This document shows, one piece after another, positions 9,531 to 18,880 of a stretch of DNA of 64,000 nt; positions within the stretch are counted from its first letter, which is position 1; the number at the start of each line of letters is the position of its first letter. The notes under the pieces were generated by a model, which had not been told where the DNA came from, did no database searches, and saw nothing but the letters and a program-made list of their open reading frames with translations. Source of the DNA: an uncultured Acidobacteriota bacterium (GTDB lineage Bacteria; Acidobacteriota; Vicinamibacteria; Vicinamibacterales; SCN-69-37); contig CAVXSP010000001.1 of assembly GCA_963764505.1 (NCBI GenBank), positions 1,959,207-2,023,206 on the forward strand. The letters run 5' to 3'. The position numbers were made by a program, and so were the translations under genes.

Positions 9531-10522
9531 CACCGACCGAGTGTCCAGAGCGGGCGCATGGTCGCCGCGTCGACGTTGAACAGCTGGTACATCGCCGGAA
9601 TCGACGTGAACATCAGGAGCACGAACGCCAGCGTGGCGAACAGCATGTAGATAAAGAAGCCACGCTCCCGGTACAGCTTCTCCGGATGCTGGACCGGACT
9701 GTCCGGCCGCAGGCCGATGCGCAGGTAGTACGCGAACATGCCGGCGCCGATCGGCGTGAACAGGATCAGCTCGACATGGTACCGCACGATGAAGATGCCG
9801 CCGAACAGGGCGCACGCCGTCGCGTAGAAGAAGAGGCTGACGAGCAGCCGCTCCTCCGTGTAGTACGCGAACGACCGCCGGTAGGCGGCGGCCACCCGCT
9901 TGTCGCCGATGTGCCGGTATTCGGCGTACCGCTTCATGGCCATGAAGAAGGCGCCCAGCATCCAGTAGGCGATCGCCAGCGAGAGCGGCGGAACGTGGTC
10001 CGGAATCAGCGCGAACCAGCCGAGCAGGAGCCGGATCGGGTTGTTGATCGACTCGCTCAGCACGTCGAGGTAGGGCCATTCCTTCGTGCGCACGGGCGGC
10101 ACGTTGTAGGCCACGCCCATGATCCAGAGGGCCGCCGCCGAGGCGAGGAACTGGACGTTGATCGTCCCTGCCAGCGCGAAGCCCGCCACCGCCAGCAGCA
10201 GCCACTCGGCGTAGGCGAACGCCGGGCGGATGCGTCCGGACGGCACCGGCCGGTCCCGCTTCTGGGGGTGGAGCCGGTCGCGTGCGCCGTCGAGCAGCTC
10301 GTTCAGGACGTAGTTGCTCGAAGCGACGAGGCACGTCGCCAGGAACGCGAGCGCCAGCGGCCCGGCCGCGCGCCACGCCACCAGCTGCGGCTCGTAGAAG
10401 AGCGCCAGCAGCACGCCGAGCAGCATGAAGGCGTTCTTGAACCAGTGGTCCGCGCGCGCGATCTGGACGTAGGGCCAGAGGCCGGAGCGGCGTTCAGCGG
10501 CGATCGTCGAGGACACGGGCAA
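9530..10522 (-). CDS. UbiA-family prenyltransferase, decaprenyl-phosphate phosphoribosyltransferase-like
   Basis: Shows HWFKN, the Asp-rich motif NYVLNELLDGARD, and 8-9 TM segments. The start is non-ATG (TTG 10522 or GTG 10516). Confidence 0.8.
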   Translation of the reverse strand: MPVSSTIAAERRSGLWPYVQIARADHWFKNAFMLLGVLLALFYEPQLVAWRAAGPLALAFLATCLVASSNYVLNELLDGARDRLHPQKRDRPVPSGRIRPAFAYAEWLLLAVAGFALAGTINVQFLASAAALWIMGVAYNVPPVRTKEWPYLDVLSESINNPIRLLLGWFALIPDHVPPLSLAIAYWMLGAFFMAMKRYAEYRHIGDKRVAAAYRRSFAYYTEERLLVSLFFYATACALFGGIFIVRYHVELILFTPIGAGMFAYYLRIGLRPDSPVQHPEKLYRERGFFIYMLFATLAFVLLMFTSIPAMYQLFNVDAATMRPLWTLGR

Positions 10523-11282
10523 GCCTCATGAAGGAAGAGAGCGGCAGATACGTCGGACCGCGGCGCCGCGACCTGCGGCGGCCGATGATGACGCACGGCA
10601 TGCCGGCGGCGTGGGCGCCGGCCGCATCGACATCGGGACGGTCCCCGATCATCAGCACCTCGCCCGGCACGAGCTGCCAGATGGCGCAGGCGCGCAGAAA
10701 TCCCCGCGGGTTCGGTTTGAGCGCGTTGATGCCGTCGCTCGTCGAGCAGAGCACCGGCGCGAAACGCTCCTGCAGGCCCAGGGCCCGGAGCTTCGCCGGG
10801 GCGGGATAGTCGCTCAACACGCCGGCGGGAACGCCCGCACGCTCCAGCACCGCCAGGACCTCCATCAACCCGCGCGAACGCACGAGCGGGAGGTACTTCA
10901 GCGGCCGCCGGTCCAGCCATTCGGTCGCCAGCGCCTCCACCTCCGGCACCGAGAGGCCCGTCTCCGCGGCGGCAGCCGCCGCCTGGGTGAGCGCCGCGTG
11001 CGGGGCGCCGCTCCCGGATCGGAGCGTCTCCTGCGCCCGGCGGTACGCCGCCAGCGCCCGCCAGCGGCCCGGCGCGGCGAGCACGCCCGCCAGGGGCAGC
11101 GTCAGCAGCTCGAGCCCCATGCACAAGCGCACCGGCGTCTGCCGGTAGAGCGTCCCGTCCAGGTCGAAGAGCACGGCGCGAATGCGCCGCCGCGGATCGA
11201 GCGGGTTGGGCACACTCGGCCGGCCGTCTCGCTCCCCCGCGAACGGCTTCGACGTGACGATGCGCGCGGCGTTCAGGGCCAC
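10494..11282 (-). CDS. HAD-superfamily hydrolase (phosphatase)
   Basis: Motif I is VLFDLDGTL and motif IV is MIGDRPDVDAAGAHAAGM. The 3' end overlaps the UbiA start by 29 nt. Confidence 0.75.
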   Translation of the reverse strand: MALNAARIVTSKPFAGERDGRPSVPNPLDPRRRIRAVLFDLDGTLYRQTPVRLCMGLELLTLPLAGVLAAPGRWRALAAYRRAQETLRSGSGAPHAALTQAAAAAAETGLSVPEVEALATEWLDRRPLKYLPLVRSRGLMEVLAVLERAGVPAGVLSDYPAPAKLRALGLQERFAPVLCSTSDGINALKPNPRGFLRACAIWQLVPGEVLMIGDRPDVDAAGAHAAGMPCVIIGRRRSRRRGPTYLPLSSFMRLARVLDDRR

Positions 11283-11477
11283 GATGGCGTCGGTCTCCAG
11301 AGCCGCCCGTCCGCTCCGGTGAATGGTTGCGGGGGCCAGCTACAAAAGTCCTCCATTCGAGAGACTTCTCTCCCGGGAGGGGCCTCGAACCGGCGGGAAC
11401 AGCCCGATTTCGAGGGTCCGGCTGTCGACAATTCAATCCCCGTTCCCGGCCGCCGCCAGCGAGACCCGTTGCCGGCT

Positions 11478-12764
11478 TCAGCCTGGGACGACCGAGGAAA
11501 TCGCGGCTGAGGGGACCGCAGCGGGGGGAGCAGCCGCGCCGACCGGCGCGCGGTTGAGGAACCGCCGCTCGACGAGGCGGTGGAACGCCGCGCCGAGCAG
11601 GAGCGACACGGTGAGGCAGATCGGCACGGTCACGAACAGCGTCGCGGCGTCCGAGCGAAGCCCCAGCCGCTCGGCCGCGGCCGCGATGGCGCGGACGGGC
11701 GGCTGGTGGACGAGATACAGGCTGTAGCACATCGTCCCGCACGCGGCGAACGGCCGGGCCGCCGGCGATGAGACGATTCGCGCATCCCATCGTTTGAGGA
11801 CGAGAATCAGGGCGGCGAACGCGAACGCCACGCTCCAGTCGCGCATCCCGTGCGCGGCCGTCACGGCGAGCGAGCCGACGAGGAGCACCAGCAGGGCGGC
11901 CGTGCGCCCGGTCGTGCCGTAATTGGTGACGAAGTAGACGAACACGCCCGCCGCGAACATCAGCCACCCGCCGTCGAAGAAGAACCCGGCGACGTTCCAG
12001 CCCTCGATCGGCGCGAGGGCGACGACGGCCAGCGTGACGGCAGTCACCAGCACGGTTCCGCGCAGCAGGTGGCGCGGCGCCAGCAGGAGCAGCCCGATCA
12101 CCGCGTAGAACTGCTCTTCGTAGCAGAGCGTCCACGCTTGTCCGGGGAAGTGCGCGCGCGGTCCGCCGGCCACGTGATAGCGCCACGTCTCCGTCAGCGT
12201 GAGGTTGCCGAACCACTGAGAGGCCGAGTACCACCAGGGGCGCGGGTGCATCCACGGCTCGGTGCTCAGCAGATGCCACGAGCCGAGGTCGAGCAGGGGA
12301 AACCAGAGCGCGGCGAGCACGATGGCCGCCCAGAGCGGAGGGTAGATGCGGCGAAAGCGCCGCACGAAATAGGTGCCGATGCCCGCTCCCTTCAGGCGCG
12401 TGGCGTCGGCCGACGCGGCAATGCAATATCCGCTGATCACGAAGAAGATCGGCACGCCGATGGACAGCAGCCCCATCGTCTCGAGGGTCGCGCGCGTGAG
12501 CGATTCGGGCGCGGTGGGCGTCGTGCTGAGGTGGAACAGGGCAGAGTGGTACAGCACCACGAAGACGCACGCCACGCCGCGCCAGCAGTCGAGCGACACG
12601 TACTTCGGCGCGAGCGGCGTGAGGCCGTCCAACGTCCCGGCGGACCGAATCACCTGGCGAGCCCCTCGGTGGAAAATCCGACCCGGCCGAGACTTTTGGT
12701 CCGGGCGGACCACGCGCGCCACGACAGTTTCCGTGCGATCGCGCGGGTGTGTGGCTTCGTGCAA
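11478..12764 (-). CDS. Acyltransferase family 3 (membrane O-acyltransferase)
   Basis: LDCWRGVACVFVVLYH is followed by about 10 TM segments. The true start may be internal to the ORF. Confidence 0.8.
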   Translation of the reverse strand: MHEATHPRDRTETVVARVVRPDQKSRPGRIFHRGARQVIRSAGTLDGLTPLAPKYVSLDCWRGVACVFVVLYHSALFHLSTTPTAPESLTRATLETMGLLSIGVPIFFVISGYCIAASADATRLKGAGIGTYFVRRFRRIYPPLWAAIVLAALWFPLLDLGSWHLLSTEPWMHPRPWWYSASQWFGNLTLTETWRYHVAGGPRAHFPGQAWTLCYEEQFYAVIGLLLLAPRHLLRGTVLVTAVTLAVVALAPIEGWNVAGFFFDGGWLMFAAGVFVYFVTNYGTTGRTAALLVLLVGSLAVTAAHGMRDWSVAFAFAALILVLKRWDARIVSSPAARPFAACGTMCYSLYLVHQPPVRAIAAAAERLGLRSDAATLFVTVPICLTVSLLLGAAFHRLVERRFLNRAPVGAAAPPAAVPSAAISSVVPG

Positions 12765-12797
12765 ATCCCGTTCCCCTGGCGCGGATTCCGCGTCATG

Positions 12798-14231
12798 TCA
12801 GAGCCCGAGGACCCGCGTGACCGCCGTGCGAATCCGCTCGAGATCGACGAACACCAGTTCGCGCGTCCAGACGCCGAGGAGGACGGCGCCCGTAGCGGCG
12901 GCCCCCCATGCGGCCGGACGGGAGAGCGCCGACCGGATCGGCAGGCGGCGGAGCATCGCCGCCCCGTAGAGCGCCAGGACCGGGATGAGCGGCAGGTGAT
13001 AGCGCGAGTGGCCGAACACGATGCTGTGCGCGGCGGTGATGGCCACCAGGGGCAGGAGCAGCAGGAGGTGCGCGCGCCAGGCCGGCGCCGCGAGCCAGAG
13101 GCCGGCGCCGCCGACGAGCGCGACGGCGGCGTAGCAGGCGGCCATCAGCAGCGACGCGGCGATGGCGAACCACGTGGGGGGCGAGAACATCCCCTTCTCG
13201 ACGCCCGCGATGAACTCCCGATCGAGGCCCCAGAGGTCGGCGAACTTGATCACGGAGCGGCGCAGCGTGGTGCCGGGATGCTCGCGCATGTACACGAGCG
13301 CCTTGTGCTGTGCCCACTTGTCCTTCTGTCCTTCGGTCGGCGGCGACGAGAAGTCCTTGCCGATGCCGTAGACCCAGTTCTTCTCGCCGGTGAGTCCGAC
13401 CGCGTCCCACATGCGGTCGTCGGGCGTGTATTCGTAATTGCCCATGCGCAGATTGATGCCGCCCATCGTGTCCACGACCGTGACCGTGTGCTGCAGGCGG
13501 GTGTTGCGCGCCGCCCAGGGCGCCACGCAGACGAGATAGCCCGCCAGCACGAGCCCCGACCGGAGGAGCCGGGCCCGAAGCGAGCCGGGCAGGATCGCGG
13601 CGAGGAGCGGACAGAGCACGAGCGGAAGCGGCCAGACCACGCTCCGCGTGAGCGTCGCCAGGCCGAGCGCCATCCCGCACAGCACGGCCGCCGCCACCGA
13701 CGAGGTCTGCAGCAGGACGATCGCGAGCAGCAGGAAGCCGACGAGCAGCAGCGTGAACAGCGTCTCGGTGAGAACCGTGAAGTTCGCGTAGACGAGTGAG
13801 GGATACAGCCACACGAACGCCGCCGCCCATCGGGCGGTCCGGGCGTCGAAGACGCGCCGGCCGATCGCGTAGACGGCCAGGCTCGTCAGGGCGGCCAGGA
13901 CGATCTGGATGGCGCGCACCGCCTGCAGGTTGCCGGCGCCCGTGACGTGCCAGATCGACGCCACGAGAAATGGATAGAGGGGCGGCCGGAGTGAGGTGGG
14001 GCGGCCGGGGCCCCACGCGAACCCGTCGCCGGCGACCAGGCTGTTGGCGAGCAGCACGTACTGCTGCTCGTCGGCGATGGTCGCCGGCAGATGGCGCGTG
14101 TCCCACAGGATCACGAGCCGGACGGCCAGCCCGAGCACCATGAGCGCGCCAAAGAGGGAGACACGCCGAGCGAACGGCCGGCTCATGCGGGAAGAGCGTA
14201 CCTTCACCGGTGGCGCGGCGCCAAGCGGCAC
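12798..14231 (-). CDS. GT-C fold glycosyltransferase (ArnT/PMT, family 39/83-like)
   Basis: Shows DEQQYVLLANSLVAGDGFAW...RPPLYPFLVA and many TM helices. Alternative ATG start at 14186 (MSRPFARRV). Confidence 0.75.
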   Translation of the reverse strand: MPLGAAPPVKVRSSRMSRPFARRVSLFGALMVLGLAVRLVILWDTRHLPATIADEQQYVLLANSLVAGDGFAWGPGRPTSLRPPLYPFLVASIWHVTGAGNLQAVRAIQIVLAALTSLAVYAIGRRVFDARTARWAAAFVWLYPSLVYANFTVLTETLFTLLLVGFLLLAIVLLQTSSVAAAVLCGMALGLATLTRSVVWPLPLVLCPLLAAILPGSLRARLLRSGLVLAGYLVCVAPWAARNTRLQHTVTVVDTMGGINLRMGNYEYTPDDRMWDAVGLTGEKNWVYGIGKDFSSPPTEGQKDKWAQHKALVYMREHPGTTLRRSVIKFADLWGLDREFIAGVEKGMFSPPTWFAIAASLLMAACYAAVALVGGAGLWLAAPAWRAHLLLLLPLVAITAAHSIVFGHSRYHLPLIPVLALYGAAMLRRLPIRSALSRPAAWGAAATGAVLLGVWTRELVFVDLERIRTAVTRVLGL

Positions 14232-14262
14232 GCCCGCTCACGCCGGCGACAGGGCCGGCCGG

Positions 14263-16815
14263 TTATCGCTCGGAGGGCACGGGGGGAACCATCGGGGCAT
14301 TCGACGCGACCGGCGGCAGAGCGGGCTCCACCGAAAAGTGGAAGGTCAGCCGAGAGCCTTCCACTTCCTTCCCCTTCTTGGCATCGACACTCCACGTCTC
14401 GATGGTGTGCAGGCCCGGCGTGTTCGGGACCGGGACGTTGCGGACGCTGCGCAAGCTCGGCGGGAAGCTCCGCTGCACGCCACTGTTCTGCGGCGCGCCG
14501 CCGTCGATTCTCCAATACGCTTCTGACGCCACGTCCTCCCGATCGCCCGTCAGGTAGAACGCGAGCGTCATCGTGGCTCGTCCAGCCGGGATTGGCACCA
14601 GAGGGTTCGGCACATTGAGGACGGCGTGAGGCGTGCCGAGCACCTGCGGCGTGTCCGGCTTGAGGACGCCGTTGACGATCAGCGGGTCGTGCTCGATCTC
14701 GTCCTCGCTGTAGACTTCCCCGCCCCAGGCATAGCCACACTTGTCCCAGCTCTCGCCCATCGTCGCGCCACACTCGGGGTTCATGTAGGCCGTGTGGAAC
14801 AGGTCCGTCGCGAAGAGGGCCGGCGTGTCGCGCCGCTGGAGGACGTTCAGGATCCGGTAGTTCTTGCCGGTGCCCCTCCAATTGATCAGGTGCTGCTTCG
14901 CCGTTCCGTCCTGGAAGGTGAACCCGCGCCCGTAGTCCTTCTGCTTGGGCGGAAGGAACTTGTCCGGCCCGAAGATGATCGGCGACGGTTCCGCCGCGTC
15001 ACTCAGGAACCTCACGCCATCCAGCGTGGTCGTCGTCGCGGGCGAGTCCGGGTTGTCGAATCTCAGCGCGAACGAACTCCCCTGGAATGTGGTGTCCTTG
15101 AAGATCCCGGTGTTGATGCTGATGCCGTTGCCCACCGCCGCGGCGCAGTCGAGGAACCTGCTGCCCTCGTCCTCCGCGTACTCGGTGTAGCCCGCGTCCA
15201 CCGTGAGGCAGGTCGAGCGCCCTCTGGAGCCGAGCAGCGTGACGTGCTTCGTCCAGGTGCCGACGTAGCTTCCGGAGTTGACGAGCCACAGTTGTCGGAC
15301 GAAGGCGTGCACGACGATCGAGTCCTCGATGAGGAACTTGCTCATCGACCAGGACTCCAGCCCGTTCTGCCCCCCGATGGAGATGTTGCCCTTGAACGCC
15401 AGCGGGATCGCCTTCGGGTCCATTGGCGCGTCGAGTGGGCGACCCGGCATGGAAGGAATCTGCCCCGTGAGCTGATCCCGGTTGAACAGCGCGAAGCCGA
15501 CCAGGTTGTCCCACGACTGATCATTCACGAAGGTCTGCCGCGGCCCGCGCGCCCAGTAGCCAAAGCCCTCACATCCCGGGCAGCCGACCCCGGTCATCGG
15601 CGTCTCCGAACTGGCCGTGCCGGTGCCGAGCGTGTACGCGACGATGTTGCTGTCGAGCACGTTCCGGACCTCCGGGCCGTCTTCCGTGACGATGCCGGCG
15701 CCCTGGGCACCCACGATGATGGTGCGCCTGACGATCGTGTCGTCGGCGCGGTGGATGGACAGACCCCACTTCGCGCCGTCATGCAGCAGTTCCACGTTCC
15801 CATCGCGGATCCGGGGCCCCGACGTGTTGGAGTTCGTGTGATGGTCGTGGTCGGCGTACCTGGCGATCTGGTTCTGGCCGACATGCGTGATCTTCCCGTT
15901 CGCGTCAGCCGTCGTGCTGTCGACCGGGAACATCCTCGGCTTCCCGCTGGCGTCGGTCTGGACGGCCTGGGTGCGGCCGAGATCGATCATCATGTTGCCG
16001 CGGATGTCCCACAGCGCCGCCTCACCGATGTTGACGGTGTGGCCGCGCACGCCATGCGCGTTCTCGCTCTCGACGATGATGTGGCCGCGCGTGAGGTTCG
16101 CGACGGGGACACGGAGCACCACCGTCCCGTCCGTGGCCTTGGCCGCTTCGTGCTCGAAGTCGAGCGGCTTCGAGAGAGTGAGGCCCGTATTCGTGATGGC
16201 CGCAATCGTGACGGTCGATTCTCGCCGAGAAATCTTGCGGTGGTCGCCGCCGGGCGGGTTGGGGCTGGGCATCGCCATGTCGGGGAACAGCAGCTCGTCG
16301 CCGACGTTCCAGCCAGTCGGGGCCGGTCCGTGGAAGTGCACCTCCGTCGCGCCGGCCGGGAGGTCCCCCTCCACCTCCACGAAGGTCGTCTTCTGCCAGT
16401 CCGCGCCGACACGGTACTGCGTGCCGAGGTTCAGAAGGCCATGGCTCCACTGGTAGGGGTCCGTCCCGTAGTCGAACGCCTCATCGCGAAGCACGATGTC
16501 GACGCGTCCCGTGATCGGGTCCTGCACCGTGCCGCAGTCGAACACGCCGCCGACCATGTTCGTGAGCGTCGTCACCTTGACCGTCGTGTCGCCCGTGCGG
16601 GCGCACTTCAGCGTGCCGCCCGGCTGGATTTCGATGTAATCCCACGTGCCGGAAACCAGTGGCATCACCTGGCCGGACTTGACGACGAGCGTCGCCGGCG
16701 CCTCGACGTAGCGAGGCACGAATTCCCCCATCATCGCAATCCGCTCGGTCTGCTGCGCGTGAGGCGCGGCGACCGCCGCGAGGATGCCGGCCAGAATCAG
16801 GACTCGGAGTCTCAC
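14263..16815 (-). CDS. Secreted right-handed beta-helix protein with an N-terminal G8-like domain (possible glycan-modifying or -degrading enzyme)
   Basis: GTG at 16815 is preceded by GGAGG (16822..16826). Signal peptide is VRLRVLILAGILAAVAAPHA|QQ. Gly-rich beta-strand repeats and WNVGDELLFPD are as in G8 domains. The function is inferred only. Confidence 0.55.
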   Translation of the reverse strand: MRLRVLILAGILAAVAAPHAQQTERIAMMGEFVPRYVEAPATLVVKSGQVMPLVSGTWDYIEIQPGGTLKCARTGDTTVKVTTLTNMVGGVFDCGTVQDPITGRVDIVLRDEAFDYGTDPYQWSHGLLNLGTQYRVGADWQKTTFVEVEGDLPAGATEVHFHGPAPTGWNVGDELLFPDMAMPSPNPPGGDHRKISRRESTVTIAAITNTGLTLSKPLDFEHEAAKATDGTVVLRVPVANLTRGHIIVESENAHGVRGHTVNIGEAALWDIRGNMMIDLGRTQAVQTDASGKPRMFPVDSTTADANGKITHVGQNQIARYADHDHHTNSNTSGPRIRDGNVELLHDGAKWGLSIHRADDTIVRRTIIVGAQGAGIVTEDGPEVRNVLDSNIVAYTLGTGTASSETPMTGVGCPGCEGFGYWARGPRQTFVNDQSWDNLVGFALFNRDQLTGQIPSMPGRPLDAPMDPKAIPLAFKGNISIGGQNGLESWSMSKFLIEDSIVVHAFVRQLWLVNSGSYVGTWTKHVTLLGSRGRSTCLTVDAGYTEYAEDEGSRFLDCAAAVGNGISINTGIFKDTTFQGSSFALRFDNPDSPATTTTLDGVRFLSDAAEPSPIIFGPDKFLPPKQKDYGRGFTFQDGTAKQHLINWRGTGKNYRILNVLQRRDTPALFATDLFHTAYMNPECGATMGESWDKCGYAWGGEVYSEDEIEHDPLIVNGVLKPDTPQVLGTPHAVLNVPNPLVPIPAGRATMTLAFYLTGDREDVASEAYWRIDGGAPQNSGVQRSFPPSLRSVRNVPVPNTPGLHTIETWSVDAKKGKEVEGSRLTFHFSVEPALPPVASNAPMVPPVPSER

Positions 16816-16978
16816 TTCAAACCTCCAGCGCTTGGCAATCAGCGGCCACGGCTTCAGGCCGGCGGGGGAGCCGGCGCTCGAGCGGAGGCTCGGACCAGGA
16901 ACCACGATTGTGCCCCCGGTTGTTCGAGAACTCAAGCCGCTCCGATCGCGCGGAGCACTTTCAGGGAATAATTTCAAC

Positions 16979-18880
16979 ATGTCAGGTCTCTGTGCACTCG
17001 CGCGTTCGCCTCAGGAGCCGGAGCCGCTGGCCGCCGATCTCGAGGCCATGCTTCGGCGCCTGCGTCGCTTCCCGTGGGAACGGGTCGAATCGCATTGTCC
17101 CCGCTCCGGCGGCGCTGGCCTCGGGGCGATCCGTCTGGATTCAATCGCCGCCGATGCGTGCCGGTTCACGCCCGACGGGCGGTCTATTGTCTTCCTCGAC
17201 GGAGAGATCTACGACCTCGAGCGCGAGCGGCGCAGGCTTGCGCAGGCCGGCGTGCGCATCGGCGAGGGGGCGGGCGGCGCGGCCGAGCTCCTGTTCGACG
17301 GCTGGCGCGCGGCGGGCCCGGCGTTCCTCGCGACCGTGAACGGCACGTTCGCCGCGGTGATCTGGGACGACGACCGCCGGGAGCTGCACGCGATCACCGA
17401 CCGGTTCGGGCTTCGGCCCCTGTATGTCTCCCTGGGTCCGGGCAGGTGTGTGGTCTCCTCCGAGATCAAAGGCATCCTCACGGATCGCACGGTCGGCCGC
17501 GAGCGCTCCGACGACGGCGTCGCCGCCTTCTTCGCGTTCGGCTATCTCTTCGGCACCGACACGTTCTTCGCGCGGATTCGCGCGCTTCCCGCCGCGACGT
17601 GCGCGACCTTCCGCCCCGGGGACGGCGAGTACCGCGAGGCGCGGTACTGGACGCCCGCGCCGGCAGAGACCGGGCAGCGCGGCGATTGCAGCGATCTGGC
17701 GCAGGCGCTCGAGACCAGCCTCGCCGCCGCCGTCGAGCGCCGCGCCGCGCCCGGGGAGCGGCTCGGCCTCTCGCTGTCGGGCGGGCTCGACGCCCGCACG
17801 CTGCTCGCGCTCGTGCCGCCGGGCCGCGACCTGCAGACGGTCAGTCTGGGCATCGAAGGCAGCATCGATCATCGCGGCGCCTCCCGGCTGGCGGCGCTCG
17901 CGCAGGCACGGCACCACAACTACGTGCTCGATGACGCGTTCCTCGGCACCTTCGAGCGTCACCTGCGCTCGCTGATCCTCCTGACCGACGGCCACTATCT
18001 CGATCAGGGCATCGTCACGCCGACCCTGCCGTGGTATCGCGAGCTGGGCATCGAGAAACTGCTCCGCGGCCACGGCGGCGAGCTCGTGCACATGCGGAAG
18101 GCGTACGCCTTTTCGCTCGACGCCGAAGCCCCGGCGCTGTCCGAGGCCGACCTCGAAGGCTGGCTGTTCGAGCACCTGACGGCCTACATGCTGGGCGGCG
18201 TGCCGGCCGACCTCTTCGCCATCGACGTGCGGGGCCGCGCGCGCGCCGCGCTGCGGGCGGCCTACCAGCACGCGGCGGAAGGAACCGCCGCGCCCATCGA
18301 CCGCGTGTGGCGGCTGTTCCTGTCGGAGCGCCTCCATCGCGAGACCGCGCTGTCCATGCACCAGTTCAACTGCTATGCGCTGGTCCGTCTGCCGTACCTC
18401 GACAACGACGTCGTCGACGCCCTCCTCGCGATGCCGGCGGCGATGAAGATGGGGGACACGCTCCAGGCAGGCATTCTCCGGCACCGCCGGCCGGAATTCC
18501 TCGGCGTCGTGAACTCGAACACGGGCGCGCCGGTCGGTGCCGGGCCGCTGCGGCGATCGCTGTCGCAGCTCCGGCTGCGCGTGTACGCGAAGCTCGGCGT
18601 GCGCGGCTATCAGCCGTACGAGCGGCTCGGCCTGTGGCTCAGACGCGAGCTGCGCGGCATGGCCGAGTCCGTGCTCGCGAGCGATCGGTTCCTTGCGAGG
18701 GGCGTCTGCCGCCCCGACGCCGTGCGCCGCGTGCTCGCGCAGCATGCCTCCGGCGAGGTCAATCACACGTTCCTCATCATGTCGCTGTTCATCTTCGAGC
18801 TCGGCCAGCAGATGCTCGAGGATCCGGAAGGATTCGCGGCAGACGTGGAACTCTCTTATCGTCCTCCCCCCCGCGTATAG
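16979..18880 (+). CDS. Asparagine synthase (AsnB)-family amidotransferase with Ser in place of the N-terminal catalytic Cys
   Basis: MSGLCAL... aligns with the usual MCGICGI. The synthetase domain PP-loop SLSGGLDART is present. ATG at 16979. Confidence 0.85.
   Translation: MSGLCALARSPQEPEPLAADLEAMLRRLRRFPWERVESHCPRSGGAGLGAIRLDSIAADACRFTPDGRSIVFLDGEIYDLERERRRLAQAGVRIGEGAGGAAELLFDGWRAAGPAFLATVNGTFAAVIWDDDRRELHAITDRFGLRPLYVSLGPGRCVVSSEIKGILTDRTVGRERSDDGVAAFFAFGYLFGTDTFFARIRALPAATCATFRPGDGEYREARYWTPAPAETGQRGDCSDLAQALETSLAAAVERRAAPGERLGLSLSGGLDARTLLALVPPGRDLQTVSLGIEGSIDHRGASRLAALAQARHHNYVLDDAFLGTFERHLRSLILLTDGHYLDQGIVTPTLPWYRELGIEKLLRGHGGELVHMRKAYAFSLDAEAPALSEADLEGWLFEHLTAYMLGGVPADLFAIDVRGRARAALRAAYQHAAEGTAAPIDRVWRLFLSERLHRETALSMHQFNCYALVRLPYLDNDVVDALLAMPAAMKMGDTLQAGILRHRRPEFLGVVNSNTGAPVGAGPLRRSLSQLRLRVYAKLGVRGYQPYERLGLWLRRELRGMAESVLASDRFLARGVCRPDAVRRVLAQHASGEVNHTFLIMSLFIFELGQQMLEDPEGFAADVELSYRPPPRV

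Noticed and set aside
16831-16850. Minus-strand TGGCCG-ctga-TTGCC motif upstream of the beta-helix gene.
   Set aside because: The GG-to-GC spacing is one nucleotide short of the sigma-54 consensus. The predicted start site would also fall inside the ribosome-binding site.
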